Below are positions 8,054 to 15,932 of a stretch of DNA of 64,000 bases, piece by piece. Both the position numbers and the translations under genes were made by a program. The notes under the pieces are model-generated. The model searched no databases. It saw nothing but the letters and a program-made list of their open reading frames with translations, and was not told the DNA's origin. Source of the stretch: an uncultured Acidobacteriota bacterium. Lineage in GTDB: Bacteria > Acidobacteriota > Vicinamibacteria > Vicinamibacterales > CAVPJW01. Position 1 is the first letter of the stretch. Every line of letters begins with the position of its first letter. The stretch spans positions 339,976 through 403,975 of the forward strand of contig CAVPJW010000003.1 in NCBI GenBank assembly GCA_963705525.1, in the 5' to 3' direction.

Positions 8054-9559
8054 ATGGGCCGACCTCTCTGGGTTGCCGCGCATCTATTGGCCTGGCTCTC
8101 GCTTTCGAGCCAGGCCCTCATCTCACAGTCGGCCTCCGATCCCGACCGCGAACTTCGTGCCAGCTTAACCAGGATGCTCGATGACAATTGGCATCCGATG
8201 TTGACGGATCCGGAGTGGCTGGCACTACGCAGCCGTCTAGACTCGGAGCTCCAGTTCCGTCCAAACGGACCGCTGGCGATGCTGGCGAGAAGAGCCGCGG
8301 TTCGGATCGAATTCGCGCCGAATTCTCTGGTTTCACAGGAGCCCGGAACAGGATTCGATCTCGACACGCGCCCGTGGTTTCAACTGAAGATGCCGCTTCG
8401 GTATCTGGTCGAGATCGACGCGTCGGAGGACGGCGACACGTGGCTTCCGATCGCGGCCGCGTTCGATTCGTCACGCTGCGGCGCTTCGGTCGGAAGTAAA
8501 GACGGTCGGCTCGATTTTCGGCCCGGCATGCACCGTCTGCAGCTGCGAGCGCGCGTTGCCCTCCTCCGGTCGACGCCAGGTCCCGAGCATCCCGACAACG
8601 AATGCGTGTTCGCTGGAGGGCCGCCAACCGCGTCAAACACGTGGCCGCGCGCTCAGGGTCAACAGATCCTCGGGGAATATCAACAATCACTCGCCGGCAT
8701 CTCATTCATGACAATCGCCTCAGGTGATCCGGATCCGCTCGCCAGACGCGCAGCCACGACGAGCGCTCATGCCATCGACCCGAGTCTGCCGCCAGTGCCT
8801 CTGGAGCGGTGGTTGAATCTTCAGCTCTCAGGTCATCCGGCCTGGAAGGGTCCATCTTTCTGGATGATCGGCTACTGCAATGTCGAGGAGGCGGAATGGT
8901 ATCCGGGAGACTCAATCGATCAGACGTTCTGGCCGGCAGCCTCCGCGGCGCGACGACAGTACCGTTCCATATGTGCGACTGCGCTCAACGGATTCGACGA
9001 TCGCGTCATCGGAATCCGGCTGAAGGTTGCACGAGTGCGCGAGGATACAGGGGAGTGGCAGTTCGAGCCCGCCTCGTTTCATGAAGGGTTCGTTGAGGAC
9101 AATGTGGACGGCATCGACCTCAAGGCCCTGAGCGACCTTCCCACCGCCCTGCAGTTACCTCGGCGGGATTGGCCAATCACCGATCTTCGAGTGACTCCGA
9201 TAGACGTTTCGCTGACGCCGACAGTACCAAAGCCGGGTGATGAGGTCCAGGTCAAGGTGCTCATCCGCAATGTCGGGTCGAGGGACGTGCGATGGGCGCA
9301 CGGTTTCGTGCTGGTCGAGCCGTGTTGCGCACGTCAAAGCGTGGCGCGGGACTTTCTCGGCCCCATTCCTGCCGGAGAGACGCTGACCGTCGAACAATCC
9401 GTTGTTCTGCCTTCCGGAACGGGTTGGGTCACTGCTATGGTCTGGCCATGGCTACCGAACATGGCCACCGGATCCGGGTTCCGGCCATCGATGGGCGACT
9501 CGTTCGTCGAGGATGACTTCGTGGTCCTCGAAATCGGCGAGCCAATCCTTCCCCTGTGA
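8054..9559 (+). CDS. hypothetical secreted protein with a CARDB-like C-terminal domain
   Basis: Signal-like MGRPLWVAAHLLAWLSLSSQA. The C-terminus (TPTVPKPGDEVQVKVLIRNVGSRDV...GETLTVEQSVVLP) resembles CARDB-type beta-sandwich repeats. The rest carries no motif I recognise. Confidence 0.55.
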   Translation: MGRPLWVAAHLLAWLSLSSQALISQSASDPDRELRASLTRMLDDNWHPMLTDPEWLALRSRLDSELQFRPNGPLAMLARRAAVRIEFAPNSLVSQEPGTGFDLDTRPWFQLKMPLRYLVEIDASEDGDTWLPIAAAFDSSRCGASVGSKDGRLDFRPGMHRLQLRARVALLRSTPGPEHPDNECVFAGGPPTASNTWPRAQGQQILGEYQQSLAGISFMTIASGDPDPLARRAATTSAHAIDPSLPPVPLERWLNLQLSGHPAWKGPSFWMIGYCNVEEAEWYPGDSIDQTFWPAASAARRQYRSICATALNGFDDRVIGIRLKVARVREDTGEWQFEPASFHEGFVEDNVDGIDLKALSDLPTALQLPRRDWPITDLRVTPIDVSLTPTVPKPGDEVQVKVLIRNVGSRDVRWAHGFVLVEPCCARQSVARDFLGPIPAGETLTVEQSVVLPSGTGWVTAMVWPWLPNMATGSGFRPSMGDSFVEDDFVVLEIGEPILPL

Positions 9560-9641
9560 TCTTCAGACGGCTGTCGCTCGGCAATTGATATGCTATCGGG
9601 CGGTCGGCACCTGATGGAACTTCGCTTCATGGAGTGATTCG

Positions 9642-10619
9642 ATGAAAGCTGCTATCACGTTCGCAATCGCCGCCGTTCTTCTATCGACGGCGGTCCCCGC
9701 TCAACAGTCTGGCGGCTCGACTCGTGTCACGCTGATTAAGATGCCGTATCGCGGCGAGCGAAACCTTCCGGACATTTCCGATGTGCCTGACTATCTCGAG
9801 GCCGGCGGAATCCAGAAGGTGCTCGAGGGGCAGGGCGTGACGGTAAAGCCCATGTCGACCGTAGCCCTCGGGCCCGAGCTGCAGAAGGAATACGGCGAGT
9901 GGAACCGCCTGGCCATCGCCGATGGCCAGCTCGCGAAGATCGTTGCGGAGGAACGCCGCGGCGGATCGATGCCCATCGGACTCCTCGCCAACTGCAGTGC
10001 GCTGATGGGCATGCTCGGCGGCCTCCAGCACTCCGGCCCGTCGTCGCGGCCGCTGCGCGTCGGGCTGGTGTTCATCGACGCGCACGGCGACTTCAATACG
10101 CCGGAAACGACGCTGAGCGGCATGCTCGGCGGGATGCCGGTCGCCATCTCGACGGGACTGTGCCTGAACAGGATGCGCCTCAAGGCCGGCCTCGATCCCG
10201 CCGTACCTCAGCGTCACGTCGTGCTGGGCGCTGTCAGGGACACCGATCCGCTCGAACAGGATCTGATCGATCGATCGGACGTGGAACAGATTTCCGTCGA
10301 CGACATCCGATCGAAGTCGGCCAACATCCACACGCAGATGAAGCGCCTGTCGGACCTGACGGACGTCATCTACGTCCACGTCGACATGGACGTCCTCGAC
10401 CCGAAGGAAGTGCCCGGCCACCCGCTCACCGTCCCGAACGGACCCACGAGCCTCGAGCTCGGCGCGGCCATCACAGAGATGTTCAAGTACGAGAAGGCCG
10501 CGGCCTTCGGCGTCGCGTCGACGCCGTCCGGCCAGCGCGATCCGAATGGGGTCTCGCGTCAGGCCGCCTACAACCTGATTCTTGGGGCGATCAAGGGCGT
10601 ACAACAACGGGGCAAGTAA
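9642..10619 (+). CDS. arginase/agmatinase/formiminoglutamase (ureohydrolase) family protein with a signal peptide
   Basis: Mn-binding motifs GLVFIDAHGDFNTPETT and YVHVDMDVLDP. N-terminal signal MKAAITFAIAAVLLSTAVPAQQ. Confidence 0.85.
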   Translation: MKAAITFAIAAVLLSTAVPAQQSGGSTRVTLIKMPYRGERNLPDISDVPDYLEAGGIQKVLEGQGVTVKPMSTVALGPELQKEYGEWNRLAIADGQLAKIVAEERRGGSMPIGLLANCSALMGMLGGLQHSGPSSRPLRVGLVFIDAHGDFNTPETTLSGMLGGMPVAISTGLCLNRMRLKAGLDPAVPQRHVVLGAVRDTDPLEQDLIDRSDVEQISVDDIRSKSANIHTQMKRLSDLTDVIYVHVDMDVLDPKEVPGHPLTVPNGPTSLELGAAITEMFKYEKAAAFGVASTPSGQRDPNGVSRQAAYNLILGAIKGVQQRGK

Positions 10620-10625
10620 CTCAGG

Positions 10626-11352
10626 TCAGTCGTAGAAGTCCGGCGCCTTCCTGAGCTCGGGCCACTGGACCGGCGAGTGGCCGTAAATTATCCACGCGTC
10701 TTCCTCTTTCGCCAGCGCCATCAGTCGATGGGCGCTGGCGCGCACCTGAACCTCGTTGGACGCGGCATGGAAGACGTCACGCTCGACCTCTTCCGGGCGT
10801 GAGATCGCGTCCCCCGTCAAGAGAACAGCGCCCGTTCGCGCCAGTCGTACCAGTAGAGAGAGATGACCTGGGGTGTGGCCCGGCGTCGAGAGGATTCTCA
10901 CACCCGGCGCGAGATCGACATCGTCGTCCACGAGGTGATAGTGACGGTTCGCTGGCCAGTCGATGCGCCGCTCGTGACCCCAGGTACAGAGGTTGCGAAA
11001 GCTCGCGCTCGCAACCGCCAACCACTATCGCGGCGTTTGGAAAGCCGGTGAGCCCGCCGATGTGATCGATGTGCGTATGGGTGACGACGAGATGCGTGAT
11101 GTCCTCAGCGGCGAGTCCGACGCGAGAAATCTGCGCGGCCGGCAGATTGTCGGAGGTCAGCTCCACCAGCCGGCCAAAATCGAGCCCATCCGCCGCGGCC
11201 GCACCGACCGGATCGCTGACATACCAGGGAGGAAACCCGGTATCGACAAGGATGTTTCTATCGCCGGCCCGAATGAGGAAACCCTGGATGCCGATGACGC
11301 GACGGTCCGAGAACACTTCGAACCGGCCGTAGTTCAGCACGAAAAGACGCAT
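10626..11352 (-). pseudogene. MBL-fold hydrolase (N-acyl-homoserine-lactonase-like), frameshifted or carrying a sequencing indel
   Basis: The N-terminal half is in one frame (HLVVTHTHIDHIGG, track 10777..11352). The C-terminal half is in another (ILSTPGHTPGHLSLLV...LLTGDA, track 10626..11021). The total length is 727 nt (3n+1). The frames can be joined at the CCCC run 10978..10981. Confidence 0.75.
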
Positions 11353-11379
11353 GTGCTCCGCAGATTCCGTGTGTGCGCG

Positions 11380-12639
11380 CTAGAACGTCGACGACTTCAG
11401 CTGGAATGTCGCTTCGAGCTCCTTGTCGGTCTCGCGGCCCGTCACCCGGTTCGCGATGTACTCGCCGACCACCGGGCCGTGCTTGTACCCATGGCCCGAG
11501 CCGCCGCCTGCCAGCCACACGTTGTCGAACTCCGGGTGCCGCTGAATGATGAAGTGTTCGTCCACGCTCATCTCGAGCTGGCAGACGCGCGTCTCGACGA
11601 TTGGCTGATCCTTGAGCGCCGGAAAGCGCTTCGCGACGTAGTCCTTGGCCCGCTTCACCTGATACGGCGCCACGATGCGCTCGTCCGTGTCCGGATCGAA
11701 GGCGGTCAACTCTCCTGATGGGCAGACCTTCAATCCCCGGTAGTCGATCGACGGAAAGCCGTAGTAGCCGTTGGTCGATTCTTCGGAGTAGTTCGGGAAG
11801 TTGGGATACGTGAAGCGATCGTCTCCGGAAGGCGTGCCGAAATAGAAGACATCGCGGCGCGGCGTGAAGAGCTTCTTCGTCATCACGTCGGGAAAGACCT
11901 TCGCCAGCCAGGGGCCGCACGCGAAGACGAACGTCTGCGCGCCGAGCGCGCCGTGTCCAGTCAGCGTGATGTTCTCGAGGCGCCTTCCGGATCGGGCACC
12001 TGGCACGGCCTGCGCGATCATCATGCGCCCGCCCTTGCGTTCGAAGGCCTCGGCCACCGCGCGGCATCCTTCTCTCGCCTTCAGCACGCCGGTCGAGGGC
12101 TCGAACAGCGCGACACCGAGACCCTCGAAGCTGATCTGCGGATATCGCCGCGCCAGCTCCGTGTCCTTGATGACCTCGTTGTCGACACCCTCCTTGTCCA
12201 GGGTCGCTTTCGTCACCTGAAGGTCGTTGGTCCATTCCGGAGACAGGACCAGTCGCCCCGTCTGCAGAAACAATGTCTTGCCCCACTCCGCTTGCCTTGC
12301 CTTCCATCGCTCGAAAGCCTTCAGAACCCAGCGGGTATAGACGGCTCTATCCCCGTAGCCCGCGCGTATCTGACGCGTCTCGTCGCCGGAAGACGCGCGG
12401 GAGTTGCCCGGTCCGTACGCGTCCACGAGCGTTACGGTGTGGCCCATCTCTTTGAGGTACAGCGCCGTCCAGCCGCCAAAGGCGCCCGCGCCCACGACGA
12501 CCACATCGGGCGACGCACCCCCTTGCGCTCTACGGCGAACGGTCCCGGCGACAGGAGCCGCATCAACCGATCGGGTTCCAAGAGCTAACGACGAGGCGCC
12601 GGCGATCTGGAGAAATGTGCGACGAGGGATGGAGGACAT
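11380..12639 (-). CDS. FAD-dependent oxidoreductase (DAO / sarcosine-oxidase-like) with a Tat signal
   Basis: Twin-arginine signal MSSIPRRTFLQIAGASSLALG. Dinucleotide-binding motif VVVVGAGAFGGWTALYL. C-terminal GGGSGHGYKHGP. Confidence 0.85.
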   Translation of the reverse strand: MSSIPRRTFLQIAGASSLALGTRSVDAAPVAGTVRRRAQGGASPDVVVVGAGAFGGWTALYLKEMGHTVTLVDAYGPGNSRASSGDETRQIRAGYGDRAVYTRWVLKAFERWKARQAEWGKTLFLQTGRLVLSPEWTNDLQVTKATLDKEGVDNEVIKDTELARRYPQISFEGLGVALFEPSTGVLKAREGCRAVAEAFERKGGRMMIAQAVPGARSGRRLENITLTGHGALGAQTFVFACGPWLAKVFPDVMTKKLFTPRRDVFYFGTPSGDDRFTYPNFPNYSEESTNGYYGFPSIDYRGLKVCPSGELTAFDPDTDERIVAPYQVKRAKDYVAKRFPALKDQPIVETRVCQLEMSVDEHFIIQRHPEFDNVWLAGGGSGHGYKHGPVVGEYIANRVTGRETDKELEATFQLKSSTF

Positions 12640-12645
12640 GACAAC

Positions 12646-12680
12646 TGGTTCCTGGTTCTTGATTCTTAGTTCTTAGTGCG
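12646..12680. repeat. heptanucleotide tandem array (5 units) spanning the junction between the AhpD-like gene and the FAD oxidase gene
   Basis: Plus strand: TGGTTCC TGGTTCT TGATTCT TAGTTCT TAGTGCG. Minus strand: CTAAGAA CTAAGAA TCAAGAA CCAGGAA CCAG. Confidence 0.7.
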
Positions 12681-13235
12681 CCTTGGGTCCGGCGGCATGA
12701 AGTCTTCCAGGTCCACGCCGAGGCCGTCCGCCACGCGATTGATGTAGTTGAAGTAGCTGACGACCTGAACGGCGTCGTTGATCGCCTCATCGTCATGACC
12801 CGCTGCCCCCAGGCGCGCGATGTCGTCCGGTCCGACCGACGCGGGCATCTTCGTCAGCTTCTCCGCGAACTCGAAGAGCGCCGCGTCCGAGGCCGGCAGG
12901 TTTATCGTCCGCCAGTCCTGCTTGAACCGCGCCGCGAAAACCGCATCGTCGATCTCGACCCGGAGATCGTCGGCGTGGGCCTCGACTCAATAATGACAAT
13001 CGTTCGCGCGTGAGACGACGATCGCGAGCATTTCGCGAGTCGCGCGCGAGAGCCTCGACGGGCCGTGCATGAGCACGATATAGAGGTTGATGCTCGCTTC
13101 GAGCTGTTTCGGCTTGAGGCCCTGGAGGCGGACGATGTTGTAGATGCGGCCGGCACGTTTGATGGCGAGGTCGTACTGCTCGCGTAGCCTTCGGTCGGCC
13201 TCGTCGTAGCCGAAGGTGCGTATCCAGGCGGTCAT
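12666..13235 (-). CDS. AhpD-like / carboxymuconolactone decarboxylase family 'peroxidase-related enzyme' with an in-frame TGA at the CxxC motif (candidate selenoprotein, CHYU)
   Basis: Track ORFs 12987..13235 and 12666..12848 are in the same frame (570 nt = 190 codons), separated only by TGA 12989..12987. My read-through translation is ...REMLAIVVSRANDCHY[TGA]VEAHADDLRVEIDD...ALFEFAEKLTKMPASV...VVSYFNYINRVADGLGV. This is continuous family-like sequence on both sides of the TGA. Confidence 0.65.
12941..12978 (-). other. candidate bacterial SECIS-like hairpin downstream of the in-frame UGA
   Basis: The core stem CGAUCUC / GAGAUCG (12969..12963 pairs with 12956..12950) carries the loop CGGGUC. 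The stem starts 17 nt after the UGA. Flanking partial pairings extend it to 12978..12941. Confidence 0.35.
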
Positions 13236-14152
13236 GGCCGTGTGCGCGCCAGGATCTCGATGCCCTCGAACTGGTAGCGTGTGACGCCCTCACGCTCGAC
13301 CTTGGAGCTCGCCTTGCCCGAGGTCAGCGCCGCGAACGCGCGGGACACGCGGCCAAGGATTGCGGGCGGTGTCGTCGCCTCGTTGTGCCCGGGACAGACG
13401 CGATCGACCTGCCCTTCGAGCGCCGCCAGCCGCGCCGTGGAACGGACGTAGTCGTCAAGATTCGCATCGTTGGTGTGCGCGTAGAGCGTTGCAGGATAAA
13501 TGGTGTCGCCGGTGAAGAGCATTCGGGCGGCGCGGTCCAGCACGCAGATGCTGTCGGGGGTGTGACCAGGCGTGAACAACACCTCGAGCCGGCGATCGCC
13601 GAGGTCGACGATCTCGCCGTCGTGGAGAAACCGTGAGGGCGCTATCGGATCGCGGCGGTACACCTTGGGATCGAAGCCGGGAGGCAGCGGCCGCACGACC
13701 GATTCGTCGGTAATCTGAGCCGACAGGTCGGTCACGCCGCGCGCCAGCCGTTCGCGCGAGAATGCGCAGTCGTACACCGCGACGTCTTTGTAATATTTGT
13801 CTCCACCCGTGTGGTCGAAATGCGAATGCGAATTGATGACCAGGACCGGCTTCGTGGTGATTTGATCCACCACCGCCTTGAGATTGCCGATGCCCATTCC
13901 CGTATCGAAGAGCACGGCGCGGTCGCGCCCTTCGATCAGGTAGGAGATCGCCTCCTCGAAGTGCCCGGGTTCATAGAACGCGGTCGTGCCGGGCGCGATG
14001 CGATAGACCTCGAACCACGGGCTCTCGACCGAGACGCGCTCGAGCGTCTTGTAGACCGGTCTCGGCAGCTCGTCCGACCAGCGGCTCTGCCCGGCGACCG
14101 TCATTCCCCATCCCAGAAAGCCGATGGCCACGCCGACGATCCGCCGCGTCAT
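13232..14152 (-). CDS. MBL-fold metallo-hydrolase, secreted
   Basis: VLVINSHSHFDHTGGD, FTPGHTPDS and CPGHNE. Signal MTRRIVGVAIGFLGWGMTVAGQS. I prefer the ATG at 14152, 4 nt after the upstream stop. 4-nt overlap with the AhpD-like gene. Confidence 0.85.
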   Translation of the reverse strand: MTRRIVGVAIGFLGWGMTVAGQSRWSDELPRPVYKTLERVSVESPWFEVYRIAPGTTAFYEPGHFEEAISYLIEGRDRAVLFDTGMGIGNLKAVVDQITTKPVLVINSHSHFDHTGGDKYYKDVAVYDCAFSRERLARGVTDLSAQITDESVVRPLPPGFDPKVYRRDPIAPSRFLHDGEIVDLGDRRLEVLFTPGHTPDSICVLDRAARMLFTGDTIYPATLYAHTNDANLDDYVRSTARLAALEGQVDRVCPGHNEATTPPAILGRVSRAFAALTSGKASSKVEREGVTRYQFEGIEILARTRP

Positions 14153-14156
14153 CGCG

Positions 14157-15873
14157 CTACTCGGTTTGCGACGTCGCCCGGTTGAAGACGACCTTGCCGC
14201 CCACAATCGTATAGAGCACCTCGGTTGAGAGAATCTCATCTTCGGGCACGGTCATGATGTCCTTGGACAGGATCGTGATGTCCGCCAGCTTGCCCACGTG
14301 CAGTGATCCCCTGGTGCTCTCTTCGAACGCGGCGAACGCCGCGTTCATCGTGTACGACTTGAGCGCCTGCTCCCTCGTCATGCGCTGCTCGGGATAGAAG
14401 ATCGTGCCGTCCTTGAGCTTGCGCGACACACTGGCGTAGAAGCTCGGGATCGGATTCACGTCCTCGACCGGCGCGTCGGTGCCGTTGGACACGACGGCGC
14501 CCGACTTGATCAGACTCTGCCAGACGTAGGCGCCCTCCTGCGAGCGCTGGGGCCCCAGCCTGACCGGGACGAAGATCGCATCCGACGTGCAGTGCACGCC
14601 CTGCATCGAGGCAATGACGCCGAGCTGGCCGAATCGCGGAATGTCGTCAGGATTCAGGTGCTGGGCGTGCTCGATGCGCCAGCGCAGATCCTTCTTCTCG
14701 GGATTGGCCTTGAAGGCCGCCTCGAACACGTTCAGGACCTCGCGATTCGCGCGGTCGCCGATCGCGTGCACGCAGAGCTGGAAGCCGTGCTGGACCGCCA
14801 GCCTCGCCGTCTCGGCAATCTCTTCCATCGGCGTCGTGTTCAACCCTGTGCTCTGCGGAAGATCCGTATACGGCTCGAGCAGCCACGCGCCGTGCGAGCC
14901 GAGCGCTCCGTCGCTCATCCGCTTGATGCCGCGGACGGTCAACCTTTTCTCGCCGTAGTCGACCGTGCGGTACTTGTCGAGATTGGCCGCCAGCTTGTCG
15001 TTCGACTCGTTGAGCATCACCCAGAGTCGAAGCGGGAGCTTGCCTTCATCCGCCATCTTCTTCAAGAGATCGACCGTGGCGAACGAGCTCCCCGCATCCT
15101 GAAGACTCGTGATGCCCTTCGAAATCGCTTCCTGGGATGCCATCTCGATCGCGGCGTCGGGCGAGCATCTCGTCGCCGGCCGCCATGTCGATGACCTTGC
15201 CGAGGAGCTCCTGTGCGGTTTCCTTGAAGTACCCGGTGGGATTGCCCTTCGCATCCTTCACGATCTCGCCGCCGTGGGGATTGGGAGTCGTCTTCGTGAT
15301 GCCGGCGAGCTCCATCGCCTTGGCGTTGGCAAACACCGCGTGTCCGCTCGCGTGCTCGAGGACCACGGGATTGTTCGGCGAGGCCGCGCTGAGCGACGCG
15401 TGCACGGGCACGCCCTCGACGGTCGGCACTGGCATCTTGTCCCATTTGGCCTGGTGCCAGCCTCGCCCGCGAATCAGCTCGCCCGGCTTCGCCTTCTTCG
15501 CGGCCTCGGCCACCATCGAGACGATCTCGTCGTAATTCCTGACGCTCATCAGGTTCAGCTGCAGTCTCGCATCGCCGACACCCGTGAAGTGACCGTGTCC
15601 CTCGATGAATCCGGGAATCGCGAGTTTGCCGCCGAGGTCCAGCACCTCGGTCGCATCGCCCACGTACGGCGCGATTTCCTCGTTGGTGCCTACCGCCACG
15701 ATCGTGTCTCCACGCGCGGCGAGCGCCTGCACCTCAGGGTGTCGCGAATCGACGGTGACAATCTTGCCGTTCCGCAGGACGAGGGAGGCTGGCTCGACCT
15801 TGGCGCCGCAGGCGGCGACTCCGCAGGCCAGCACGAGCGAGAACGCCGAGGCGAGCAGTCGGGAAGAAGACAT
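14157..15873 (-). pseudogene. amidohydrolase family protein (YtcJ-like; paralog of 5706..7415), frameshifted or carrying a sequencing indel
   Basis: The N-terminal part is in track ORF 15046..15873 (lipoprotein-like LVLACGVAACG, then IPGFIEGHGHF). The C-terminal part is in 14157..15254 (HAIGDRANREV, RIEHAQHLNPDDIPRF). The length is 1717 nt (3n+1). The frames join at the GGG/CCC run 15159..15161 (..AAGDEMLA / DAAIEMASQEA..). Confidence 0.8.
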
Positions 15874-15890
15874 GGGGGCTCCTCAATGAA

Positions 15891-15932
15891 AGTTCTTAGG
15901 TGTTAGTTCTTGGTTCTTGGTTCCTGGTTCAT
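15891..15932. repeat. heptanucleotide tandem array (6 units) at the junction between the MBL gene and the amidohydrolase gene
   Basis: Plus strand: AGTTCTT AGGTGTT AGTTCTT GGTTCTT GGTTCCT GGTTCAT. Confidence 0.7.

Noticed and set aside
12646-15932. The heptamer arrays considered as CRISPR-like or minisatellite coding repeats.
   Set aside because: The units are 7 nt and directly abutting with no spacers, and no cas genes are present. The arrays are almost entirely intergenic.
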